A stretch of 64,000 nucleotides of DNA from Auanema rhodensis (lineage: Eukaryota > Animalia > Nematoda), in contig OZ059896.1 in the NCBI GenBank assembly GCA_964057225.1, forward strand, positions 16,430,001-16,494,000, read 5' to 3'. Positions 45,379-58,372 of this stretch are shown one piece after another. Made by a program: the position numbers and the translations under genes. Within the stretch, counting starts at the first letter, position 1; each line of letters starts with the position of its first letter. The notes under the pieces were generated by a model. That model did not search any database. It was not told the DNA's origin and worked only from the letters and a program-made list of their open reading frames with translations.

Positions 45379-48300
45379 TCGTTGTTCAAGACTTTAAATT
45401 TGTAACGAAATCCTACTGAAAGATCCAGATAACAGGAAGTTGTAGAAGCCGCGAACGCTATGAACTAAATAAAGAAGACGGTATTTTTCATAGAAAAAAA
45501 AAGAAAAGAAAAAGAGGTTATACAAATACATTATTTCTGGCATATTACTGGCAGAGATGCGATTGAGCGACTAAAGGAGGTTGTATGGAAAAAACGTGAT
45601 GATGTTGATTATAAGAGGAAGATGGAACAAATACAAATGAGGCTATGTTACTGTGAGTAGTTGAATTGAAATTTTAAATGTCTTATACACATAGGACAAG
45701 AAGTAAATTAGAAGAGAACGTGAGTGGAGGGAAGGAAACAAAAATAATAAGAATGATACTTGCAATTCTTATCCAACACATACATCGTTTATGAGATATA
45801 TGTTTGAGATTCTTTCACTTTTTCGAAAGTAAATAGGGAATTCAGCGAATATCAAGACGAACTGAACAAGAAGGGAGGAAATGAAAGAAATGACATCGAG
45901 AGTTGTGCTTATTAAACAGTATTAAATTCAAGAAAAGAACACAGCTACGATTAAATGCCAATGAGATTATTATCTGAGATTAAAATTGGAACAATTGATG
46001 AAAATGTAGGGTCAAGGCTAGGATTTTCTTTTTTTAATTTCAAATGTATTCAGAAAACAGAAATGACCTCAACGAAACATAAAAAAAACAGTTTACGATG
46101 AGCATTGTAACATATTGGAATGTTTAACTTTAATATAAATTAAATATTATTAGTCGAGCAAAATATCAAACTGTATAAAAATTTCTTGGAGAATGAAGAT
46201 AATAAGGCAACTCGGTTTCATAAAGTCTAATGAAATTAAATGTGAAATGTTGTTCTAGTTTCATTCAAAAAATCACAAGACGTCCTCATTCAACAGTGAA
46301 GATAAGATTTAAAAAGGCTGGTAAAAAAACAGGAAATGAATGAAGCATTTTGAATATATTCCTCAGATTACAGCTGAATTAAGTTTGGATGAAATATAGG
46401 CCGTGAAAGACAAAGAAACACCACGATTATTGTCAGCCGAAACAGGGTTCGAAATTGGCGAAGAAAATGACTAAATGAAAGATTGTTCAGTTGCAGGCGT
46501 ATTATCGTGAACATATAACCATAAAAGACAAACTTAGTAAACGAATAGTGTTGGATTCTCTGGGCAGGAGCTTGTGCAGTTCAAGGACAAGCCGGCGGGA
46601 GGTCATTTTTGCGTGTAAGATGTATCGAAGACAGGTGAAATACGAACATAATTTGAATAAACGGCTAAGACATCATCTGACTTAGTTCGGGCTAACGATT
46701 ATTTCTCGGAGCAATTTAGTCCCGTTACGAAGACGACAAGATGCAGTGTTTTTTTGCATATGATGTTCATCTTGATCGGGCAAAGGGTCATGAGGCAACA
46801 CATTTAGAAAAAGATTAGAACATCATCAAACACTAAGAATACAAGCATCTACTTCTTTCCACTAAGAACGTCCAAAGCAAAAGAAATATCAAATCAGGCA
46901 GTGTCACGGTGACTATAGGGTAACTCAACCGTGTCACCATCAGGGTCGAGGTTCTCAAGCTGAACATGTTGATCCTGCGTAGGATACTGATGCAGAGAAG
47001 ATTATGTGACAGCATCTGTGTAGAACAAGTCACTTTACAACTCTATTTGGAGAGAATAATTCCGGGGTGAACGAGATCCAGAGGACAGCAGGCAAAGGAA
47101 AAAGAAAGGCGATTGAACCTGATGACCTACTCTAGCATTTACTACTGGAAAGCAGTCAAACATCTGATGAAAACAGGGTTAATTGATTAAGATAGTCAAT
47201 CTGGATAATATATTACAAAACAATTGAATAAAACTTGATCATTAAAAGACATTCATGAAAGAAAAACAAATATTATAATGCAAAAAGTTAATAATAAACT
47301 TTTTTATAAAACTTAATAAGCTATTACAAGTAATAATCTAATTTTAATAAAAAATTATATAATCCTTTAAGGAAAAACTTGAAGTAATCATTGGTTGAAT
47401 ATGGAATTCCTATGTTCGGAATGATGTGATGATAGATGATGCAGGATATGATAATCAAATAAGGACAACAAAAAGTTACTGCTAAAAGCAATATGGAATC
47501 AGAAATTTCCAAACAATATCTATATAAACTGAAAGAAAACTTTCAAATGACCATACATGGCGAAGACAATGAGAAGAAAACTGCATACTAACTGTGCAAC
47601 CGTTCAACGCAAATATTAGATTTAAAATGGAAATAATCGTTGAGCAGAACGTGACAAACGTCATTTGAAAGTAAATTAGAATATGCTGTGGGGTAGTAGG
47701 ATTCATTATGCACTTTATACGGACAAAATAACAGAAAATGGATTTATCGGGTTAGGTAGCATGCAGGTCAAATTATCCACGGTCTGGACTGAAAAAAGTT
47801 AAAATGACCAGCTATTGGATTCATCGATTATGCAACAATGAAATTCCGCGAATCTCAAACAGGAGACAGTAAAAAATTGCAAACCTATGAGAATTTACAA
47901 GAGTTAAATGAAAATAACTTCAAGAAAAGATTCATCAGCATATATGTTCAGTAAAATACTGACAGATGACTGAAAAAGTGAATCGGACGATTGCATTGTT
48001 AGTAAAACAGAATCAGACTAAATGGAATCTCGGACAACTGCTAGGCTACTGGACGTCAATGGCCTTGACCGCCTCACCTACACCATTCCAATGCCATCAG
48101 ACTGTTAGCCCCATTGGGCATTGTCCTCTTCGTTGTCAATTGATAGTAATGATCCATGTATATTTTTGTTTTCTGATAAACGACATATGTAAAAACTATC
48201 AAACCACCTCAGCAGAAAAATTTGTTTAGTATTAGGAATACATTAATCATTAGTTCATTTGAATACGATTAAGCTTAACAGGCATTTGCGGAGTTTTCAC

Positions 48301-48573
48301 TGAGGAAGACAAATAAAAAATTTAAAGTATTTCGATTGAATGGAAATGAATCTGGAAAAGACAAACTATATGTTTTCTCTTATAAGTTTTCAGAACTCCT
48401 ATAAGTTTTTACTCTTCTCTGCAATTAAATGAAATTTATGACACTTCAGTAAAATTAAATAGTCTATCACCAAAAAAAAACAAGATTTTGAGAAATTTTA
48501 TTAATTATATTCATACGAATTATAGAATACTCTGATATTGAATTAATTAAGCTATTATAGTCTTATAATTCGA

Positions 48574-51500
48574 TTATAAGGCCATGGTCTTAATATAACG
48601 ACTATCATCTGCTAGGGTATGATGTCTGAAATCAATGAGATCAAACGGATATCCTTTTTATAACAAAATGGCTTTACAGTATGCTTCTACCAGCAGCTCG
48701 TCGCCTATGCCTTAAGAATCCACTACCAATGGATATACACATTGCCAACATGGAGACAGTTAGTAGCAACAATATTGATATATACAAAACTGGCTGTACA
48801 CAAACTTCTGAAAAAAGTGACATCGTAGCACTACTTTAAGAGCTAGGATGGTTACGCGGAAGTTTCGGTCCTACTGAATTATCACCTCGCACACGAAGAC
48901 GTGAATCAACACGAACTTCCCCAATATCATCCAGTGATCTTACTATTCTATCGTTAGGAGGTGGGCATGAAACCTACAAATTATTTTTTATGAAAGTAAC
49001 TGAAATAAAAAATTAAACTTTTTGAGCTGAACATTTAGTTCCTTCTTCACAAACTGCTACCATACATATTATATCAATATGCTCACTACCGTCTATTCGA
49101 AAAGCTGATATGGTTGCTTGCCACCCATTCGGGCCGAGAAACATTGCTGACATAAGACTAGGAAGAAGAGCACAACTATAATAACTCATTTAAAAAATTT
49201 TTACTAAGCTTAATACAAACACTCACCCATCTGCTATCAGATGAATAGACGATGGAGTTCCTACACCACCTACTCTGTTAGCAGAACAATCAACTATTCG
49301 TAAACTTTCAGCTAAATACTAAAAATAGTAATGTTTCACAGAAATTAGTTTAATTACCAGGAAGATCACTCTCTACATTCGCTATCAAACTTTCTCCTAT
49401 AAACACACTATCAACCGGTTTTCCTTTCTTCGTGATTTTCAAAGAAATTTTCCGTCCAGGAGCATTTTGAGGCAAGGCGATTGGTGATGGACCACTGGAA
49501 AATAGTTTCACAACAAACAATTAGATTATTGGCTTACCCAACAACTAATCCATGCTGTAAACGAGTAGAAGATAAATTATTGAAAGTACACGTAGCGTGG
49601 TAAAACAGATCATTTACTGTGGTTACGTCAAAAGGTACAATTCTATCATTTGACATAACTATCATGACAGACATAGTACCATTCTGAAAAGAATACTAAA
49701 CAATTCACAAATACAGTAATATTTAATCTGTTATTTAGCATACACTTGCGTGGAAAATGGAAAACGTGCCTGATCTTCATATCATTTGAACTTAACGGAT
49801 GCACGAAGTGGTTGTTTATGAATGAAAGTAGTAATAACTTACAATTTCTAATGCATTACAGCAAGTGTTGTGCTTTGGTCTTGGAACAAATAAAGCAAAG
49901 TCCACTTTATCCCGAACAATAACTCTACATTGATCAAATCGTTCAGCAGCATATATAGCACCAGTATATTTTCTCTAAAAAACTTACTAGTATTAAAAAT
50001 ATGATTAGTACTACCGTATCGTTTATTTTAAATGTAATATTCATCCCATGGGTGTGACAGCTTGCATCAATTTTTATAAGTTCAGGTCGTGCATATCCAA
50101 TACCGCGAGAAGCAGGTATTAGCTCCGGCTCTTTTCCAACTTCCCCTTCTTCAAATATAGTTGTCACACTAAATTTATCGAATGATACTGAACTAAATGG
50201 AACAATAACAAACGTATTTGCTGGAGCAGTAACTTCAATTGGTTCAAAATCTCTTCCTTTTCCGAAGCTTGCAGCGATTCCCAAATTGGGTCGAATGAAA
50301 GCTTAATTCAGACATTTTATATACGTTTGAGCAGCGTTTCCTACTCAATTTACTTGGCGTCACTGGAGTTGTCGTAGAAATTGTCGTTGGCTGTTGATCA
50401 ACTCGTGTTGTTGACGCAAAAACTTTTGAGGTCGTGTCCGTACTTTCCATATCAATAGACTCTGTAGCAAACGGAAACGGATCATCTGCTCCAGCAGTGA
50501 ACTCAGAGCTCGCAAACATGAATATATTATCTTCCAAAGAATTATCATTTCGGGTAATAGGTGTAGAAGCTTGAGTGGAAGCTTCAGGGACAAGAGTGGG
50601 GAAGAACGTCGGATCCACAGTAGTGCTTGAAACCATTGGAATTAATTCATCCCCTAAACCTACATACAAGATACTTTCTATGCTAATGACAAAAGAGCTA
50701 ACTGGAAGATGTAGGTGGACTTAGAACACTGTATATAGAAAACTCTGGATGGTAAACAGTAAAGGAATCTTCGTCGTTGACAGATGTGTCTATGGAGCCT
50801 AGTTGACACTCAAACAAAGAAGATGAATATGCAAAGTAGTTACATGGAGAAGTCGCTTGGTGACATAATTGCCTACAACAACAAAATATTCTCCAATTCT
50901 AGTTTTGGTTAAAGAAAAGGCATACCAACAGAGGTCAACTGTTTTGATATTAGGGTGAGGAATATGATTGTATTCCGGCCGTAGAGCTCTTTCTTGTATA
51001 GAGATTTGATACTTGTCATCATGTAATGGTGATACAGTCAAGGATACTGGCTCACATGCTAATTCATAGAAATCGAAATTTTCATCCGGAGCTAAAAATA
51101 AACTATTATTCAGCCAAAGAAAGAATGGCTTACCAACGGAAGCTTCTGTACGAGTTTTATCTAAAAGAATGCAAGTTCTGGTTGTGACGTCATAGTTTAC
51201 CGCACGACAACGTCTGGCCAAGAGGCACTTATTAAGACATGGTTCAACCCCAATTTCTATAAATTCCAGAGAATATAAATTAGTGCTAGAGATGAACAAA
51301 AATACTAACTATCAAAATGCTGTAACTCAGCTTCAGTTGTCATTTTAGAAGTGATTAATTTTTCAAAAGAATAGGGACGATTACAGTTATTGGAATCGAT
51401 CTCATGAGGAACGCAAAAAGGTTCATAAAGATCTAGATTCACTGACGGAACGGCTACTTCAGATGATTCATCGGACACAAAGCATTCACTACTTGATGGG

Positions 51501-52529
51501 GCAAACTATAAATAGATATTAAAATTCAAAAAATATCCTCGATAAGAACACCTGGAATGATCTACAATGGAATAATGTTGTCTCGACACATTCTCTCATA
51601 CAGTTCCGGATGCTTCTTATTCCTACGGATACACCAAATGATTGAACATCTGATCGACGAGCTAAGATAAACTCCACTCTTCCTTGTGGACAACGGGAAG
51701 AAGCTGAAATACAAAAGTTGTAAATACAAAAGTAAATACCTTAATATATTAACGTACGATCTATACAATTATTTTCATAATAAGTAACAGCTTGTATTCG
51801 TTCTATATCAACATCTCTCCTAGTTTCACGATATATAGCACAAGTTCTACAGCAGAAAGGACAGAATACAAAAATGGCAAAATCAAAAATACCGTCTCAG
51901 ACTATTCCATTCGAAAGCTTGGCAATCCTCCATGAAGCAGGCATAAATACATTCTTCTTCGGAATAAGCCAGTCGAGTTTCCCTGTTGGTTTTCAATCTC
52001 ACCCCACGTCTTCCGTCTAGTGCAAATGCTGACTCTTCACAACGAGGTGGAATTCTAAATAATATTCAGAGCAAAGTGGTAAAAATATGTTTTTACCTAA
52101 TGCAAGATTTTTCAAAAAAGTATAATCCTTCTTTCAGTTCAATATCTTCCGAACTGATAATTTGATTCATCGAAAAGAATTCACAAGATGGATTACGTCC
52201 TGTCAGGAAGTTAAATCCACGACAGGCGAAAGGTTCACTAGTCAACGGGTGAGTGTTTCTTCTGCAGTGCATCGAGCAAGTCGATAAATCTATCTGAAGC
52301 ATCCCATGTTTCCGTGAAAATATGGAATAAACATCTCATACCTTGGCCACGAAGAGAGGCTTACTTGGCACAGCTCCTGTAAGTCGTACCATTGCGGGCC
52401 GCAGATCTTGTGGGCAATCTCCTACAGGCGTTATCAAGCAGAAGCCTAATATACGAAATAACAAAAAACTAAGCAAAGTTGAAACTAACCTTTCTCAGTG
52501 AGCAAAATAATGAGAATAACTATGAACAT
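48574..52529 (-). CDS. Cuticlin-like (NOAH/nompA-type architecture) protein: signal peptide, ~5 PAN/Apple domains, Ser/Thr linker, ZP domain, TM helix
   Basis: Repeated CxxxC...Cx(s/g/a)(f/v)x(y/f) PAN signatures (CSMHC..CRGFNF, CIYAC..CQAFEW, CMREC..CRSFQ, CLNKC..CRAVNY, CWQLC..CNYFAY). ZP: ASCHTHGMNITF, YTGAIYAAERFDQC, ADGCALLPSLMS, SAFRIDGS. TM helix VLYISILLLLTVSMLAMCISIG is followed by RHRRR. The last small exon is inferred. Confidence 0.85.
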
Positions 52530-53933
52530 TATTAAGTAAAACTAAGTTAGGAAATACAGAAATTTTAAAAAAATAGAATAGCAGAAGAATACAGAAGATA
52601 AATTGTATTAGGACGAGGTTTTCCAAGTGGTCATCCGAGTGCTAAGCAAAGGGTTGTCTTCAAGAGACCGGCAGGATGTATGAATAATGAAGACGTTGAG
52701 GAAGGAATGAAAGAGAGAGGGCTGATTGTCGATAATGAGGAGAAGACCAGCAAAATGGAGGTGCACGAAGAAAAGTGTCTGTCGCTGATCCGGCTGTCTT
52801 CCAAGTACTGTTCTTGTTATTCTATTCTCTTTTCGGCGTTAACCAGAAAAAGAATGATGGTATTACAAAGATGTTAAGGTTTGCGAAAGATGGCGATTCA
52901 AAAATCCTCATAACCATCAATCTATTGAATAGGCTATGTAATAAACATAGTGCATGAAGCCGGCTGGCATCCTCAGCTTTAAAGTGACCGTATAGTGAAG
53001 TACCTCAATGACCATCTTATCCATAGGAAAAAGCAACATAAATCATAAATGAATAAGACACATAAAAACGAAAATGCCAGTTTAAAAGGAATAAAAAACA
53101 AATATTAAAAAAAAAGTTTCAAAAGCTAATTTTAAACTGAACAGCAATGAAATATAAAATTTACAAGATGATTTTTGAATTAGTAACTTACTTAGAATGA
53201 ATTTTAATTATTGTCTAGATAATAATAAAATTTAAAAAATAAATAAAACATGAATAAAAATGATTAAAATTATATAAAAACCTCAAATAACTCAACCATT
53301 TAACACATATTAAAGTATAACTGACCTATTTGTCTTAAATTTGCATTTGAGCTAACATTCATAAGCAAGTCCTATACTTCTCGTGTTAATCTTCTTATCA
53401 GAGTAAATTATATATATTTTTTTAAATTTTGAACATTTAATCAGTTTTCATTAATCATAATACTCAAGTACAATATTGCTCACATGTTATGGTTAATTTT
53501 TCACATTTTCATCTTTGTAGCGAATACGAACACGTGAGATGGAACAGATGATCAATCTTACAAGTAAATTAGGAAAGTACTCCGATCAATTTATTAAAAC
53601 GACGAACCTATTTCAGATAGTCGATGACCTTTTAATTTGTGTTCAATAAGTCCGCCTCACCTTTACCATGCGTCCCAATTATTGTGTCGTCTATTGATTG
53701 GAGGATGTCTTATCGTGTATGTTATGAAAATAGTCCATAATTCTGGTGTTATTCCTGATTTTAAAAGATACTTTATCAGCTACCTCGTGTTAGTCACTAT
53801 TTTTGAATTCAAACATAATTAATATCAAATGACCAATATACAATTCTATAATCAGTCTGTTCTCCCCATAACTTGTTTATCCGTATCATCGAATTCAACT
53901 TCACCGTTATTATTTTCAGTCTAGCGTTAAAGA

Positions 53934-55019
53934 ATGAAGATTACACGTCCATCTTTCATTATTCTCCGTCAGGTACTATCTTATATCTACTAAATCACAT
54001 TTTACTATATCACTTCAGCTTTTTGAAAGGGAATCCTCAACATTCACTTATATTTTGGGTTGCGAAACTACTAAGGAAGCCGTTATCATTGATCCAGTTC
54101 AAGAAACTGCTAAAAGAGATTCAGTTGTAAGTTTATTTTAATAGAACTTCCTTGTTGAGAGTGCATTGATGGATAGATTTTCACATATATTTTTCCAGGT
54201 GATTCAAGAATTAGGACTTGAGCCTCTATTTGCTATTAATACTCATGTTCATGCTGACCATATTACAGGAACACATGCTTTAAGAAAAGTAAGTTACTTG
54301 AACTTGTTATTCTATTTTTGTTTTATTCTTCAGTTTTTCCCTAAAATTAAATCATGTGTATCTGCCGCTTCGGGTGGCAAAGCTGATGTTCTCGTGAAAG
54401 ATGGAGATGTCATCAATTTTGGTAATGAGACTTTAGAAGTACGTGGTACGCCCGGTCATACAGACGGTTTGTGTCCTGATAACTCATGACTATTTTGTTT
54501 TGTTTTGATATCACAGGTTGTGTCACATATGTAGATTTTACAAATAAGGCTGCTTTCACTGGTGATGCTCTTTTGATAAGGGGCTGTGGACGTACAGATT
54601 TTCAACAAGGTATGTCCCCAGTTTTGATAAAGTTATCTTTATAACAATTTATATTTGTATAGGTTGCTCTACCACATTATACCGATCAGTATGGAAGAAT
54701 ATTTTAAGTCTTCCTGAAGATTTTAATTTGTATGTTGGTCATAATTATGATGGAAATACCCTTACAACTGTAGTTTTAATTTGTTTTTATCATTCATGAT
54801 ATTTAAAATATATTTTTAGGTATGGGAAGAAAAAAAATGGAATCCTCGTTTAACAAGAAAAGAAGACGAATTCGTCGAATTAATGAAAAAACTAAAATTG
54901 GCCTATCCTAAACAAATTGGTTCGTAAAAAAAGACAAATTTATATAGACATTTATTATTATTTAATAACTTGCAGATACAGCTTTGCCGGCCAACCTAAG
55001 AGATGGTGCACCAGCCTAA
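53934..55019 (+). CDS. ethe-1: Persulfide dioxygenase ETHE1 (metallo-beta-lactamase fold)
   Basis: LRQ|[63 protein letters not shown] and ALPANL. Confidence 0.95.
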
Positions 55020-55437
55020 TCAAAATATAAGCTTCATTTGAGCAGTTTCGCATGATACCACAATGTATTATCTTAGGCACATCGAATGAATAAATAATTC
55101 TAAAATGAAACTAATAACCATAAAGACTAGCTGATGACGTGAAAAAGCCAAAAGACAGACGAGTCAAATTTGGAAAATAAATTGAAGGCATTATGGGACA
55201 TTGAATGAAAGAATTGACAATATCTTTAAAGAATCTACGAGACCACATTTAGACAGTCTTGTGCAAACCACGAGGAAAGAAAAGAAATGTAAAGCGTTTC
55301 AATTGAAGAACTAGGAGTTGCTAGAAAGAATTTAGTTGATTGTTCTTCTGGTTGCAAGAGAGCAATGAGCTTGGAATACACCGGTATGTCAGGAACATTA
55401 TGTTATATTTTGGACTTTTCAGGTCTTAATTTGGATT

Positions 55438-58372
55438 TTAGATGGAAACTTGGGCTGTGAAAAGCTTTTTGTATGAATCCTCTGTGAATGGTACATAAGT
55501 TTTCTCCTTGGCTTCATATATGTACACCTTATTTTTTGGTAATGATAATGAAAGTCCCTGACGCTGGAAATGTGTTTTTACTAGCTTGAAAGTTCCTAAA
55601 ATCAATTGTTTAAGGTTTTTTTTGCTTATTGTTAGAATACCTGTTCTGTCAACATCAGGACACAATCGAATGAACTGAGGAACCGCGTACGAAGCAAGTG
55701 ATGCCGATAACATTCGTCCCAAATCTTCTATGAACTTATCATCTTGTTTGATGTCATCAGATAAAACAACAGCAGCCATTCCAGCTCTTCCTTCATGTCC
55801 TGCAATAATAATAAAAAATAATAAATTGCGGAAGTAAAAATGATAGATGTAGTACCAGGAATTTGAACACCATATACGGTAGCATCAGAAATGCCTTCAA
55901 TAGGATGAAGAATAGCTTCAACCTCAATGGTACTGACATTCTCTCCCTTCCATCGGAAAGTATCGCCGGTTCTATCTTTGAAGTAAACATATCCCAATCT
56001 ATCCCAATGTAATAAATCTCCTAAATGATAAAATGTTCTGAAAGAGCTTCAATTCGTTATCCTACCTGATACGAAGCAGCTATCGCCATGTGCGAATACA
56101 TCGCGTATGATTTTCTTATTTGTTTCTGTCTTATTTAAGTAGCCTTCGAATTGAAGCAGTGGATTATTTTTGCGAATCGTTGAAACCATAGCTCCTGTCT
56201 CCCCGGGATTGCAAGAGATACAGAGGCCAGAAGGTGAGCGAAGAATTTCTCCTGTGATATCATCAACTTTGATTAATCGAACTGGATGCATTTTTTTGGT
56301 TAATGGACTAATTGGCAGGAAACCACAAGCTCCCACATGACCATCAATGTTAACTAAACAATATACTGTGTTATATGATATAATCATATGATTTCTGTAC
56401 CTAGGTTAGATGTACCCTCAGTAGAGCCATAAACTTCTCCGATGCGAACACGGAAGCGATCAACAAAGGGTTGCCATATCTCAGCACGAAGACCATTTCC
56501 ATAAAGAAGACGCATCTTATGAACTGATTCTTCTGGCACAGCAGGTTGTGCTAGAAGATAACGGCAAATTTCGCCAATATATTGAGATGCCTAAATAAAA
56601 AAAATATAATAAATTTTTTGTTTATTATATGTCATACAGTGCAATCGTATTTGACACAATCTTTCCAAAAATTACTGGCGGAGAATTTTTTACGAATAAC
56701 ACAGCAAGATCCACGAACGATAGCTTGTCCAATACCTAAATTGGTTATAAATATAAATTTATTATTAACTATGAATTTTATACCCAAAATTCCAGCAGCG
56801 GTATGATATATTGGCATGGATACATAGATTCTATCCGATGGATAGACTCGAAACGATTTCGCAGCTCCTACAGCCATGGAATAAAATCTAAAAAAAATTT
56901 AAATTATAAAAATGCTTCAAAACCGTAAATACCGAAAATGTTTCATCACGGCAGCCTTAGGAAGACCAGTAGTTCCACTTGTGTAGATGAAGCATAATAC
57001 GCTCTTGAAGTCAACATTGTCAAGTCGTTTTGGTTCAACGGTACGCTGCTTAATGAGCTCTTCATTCAAATCTGGATAGCAGTCATTCGAACGAAGTTGG
57101 AAAACTTGACGATCATCAATCTTCAGACATCCCTCATCTACACATTCTTTGAGAACTGTAAGTAATATAATAAATTTAAGAAACTGAATGAAGGAAGTTG
57201 AAGAGGCAACCGCTTTACGCTACTTGACAAGAAAAAATGAAGTGAATTCTGTGTGTAAGCTATATTTGTTATTTAGAAATTCTCTTTTTTCATAATCAAT
57301 GACGTGCCAACTGTTGATTAAAACCGCTCAGATGAGCGGGCTACAAAAGCCATCCGTTGCCGGTCAGCTCGCGGTCATCAACACCAAAGGTGTTCTTCAC
57401 GCTCGCAACCCGCTCTAATCCCGTTCACCGCGGACGACATGTGTCGAAGTTTTAAAGGGAATGTGAAATACAAACTACAGAAATGATTCTGTGTAGTATG
57501 ATTTCAAATAATCAAACTTTCAATTTCGGCCTGACAACTTTGCGCGCCGTATTTCATATGGGTTTCGCTTATGCTGGGCACTCTTACTATCTCGTTGTTC
57601 TTTACACCCGATGTAGAAACGAAATACAAACCTTTGCCAAGAAGCTTGCTTGATACAATAACTTTAGCATTGCTAGTCTGAATACAATGGGCAAGTGGTT
57701 CCTTTTTTAAATTACTGTTAATCCATGCAGTAATAACACCGATTTTAGCTAATCCCATCCAAGCAGCAACGAAATCAACTGAATTCTCCATAAATAGTGC
57801 CACAACATCTCCAGATCGTAAGCCTTGCTTCTGAAAAAAAAAAGAAAAAAAATTAAATTATTATTAAAATATATTGTAAAAAATGTGAATAAGTAAAATT
57901 TACTTGGAAATAGTTGGCGTATCGGTTGCACTCTTTGTTAAACTGGTCATAAGTGAAGCTGCGGCCGGTTTCGATATCAATCATAGCCGTTTTGTTTTCA
58001 TTTCTATAAGAAAAGGTTTTAGATGACAAAACTTAATGATTGTTCAAACGTTTTGTAACTCACTTTCTAACGACACTAAGGAAAATCTCATGTAAACCTT
58101 TGTTTTCTCGAAGTCGTCGCCATAAATCAAACTTGATTTCAAGTAATAAGTATAAGCCACTTAAAGCATAAACAACATTAATAGTGAGCTGTTGAATAAA
58201 ATCTGTACCTGAGATCACGATTGAGCGTTAAATACGAGCGATAAATGAAATCTCCATATACAAAGGTGATATAAATGGTAAGAACAAATGAAAGAACTAA
58301 ACCGAGTGGCATACTTTGGAAGAAAACTGCAGTAGTTATCAAGAAAACTGTCAGTAATTCTTCAACACGCAT
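55438..58372 (-). CDS. acs-20: Fatty acid transport protein / very-long-chain acyl-CoA synthetase (FATP1/4-like)
   Basis: [11 protein letters not shown]...[18 protein letters not shown]-binding [21 protein letters not shown], and the FATP signature [23 protein letters not shown] possible in-frame upstream exon would move the start to 58827. Confidence 0.95.
57323..57503 (-). ncRNA. U3: U3 snoRNA, inside an acs-20 intron
   Basis: The minus strand reads AATCATACTACACAGAATCATTTCTGTAG (boxes A'/A), GAGCGTGAAG (box B), TTGATGA (box C) and CTGA (box D). The terminal stem is CCGC/GCGG, followed by a T-run. Confidence 0.88.
57525..57570 (-). promoter_or_regulatory. snRNA-type upstream promoter (PSE/UM1-like) of U3
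   Basis: TGTCAG at 57536-57531 (about -30) matches the nematode TGTCNG core. GCGAAACCC lies at about -57 to -65. Confidence 0.6.
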
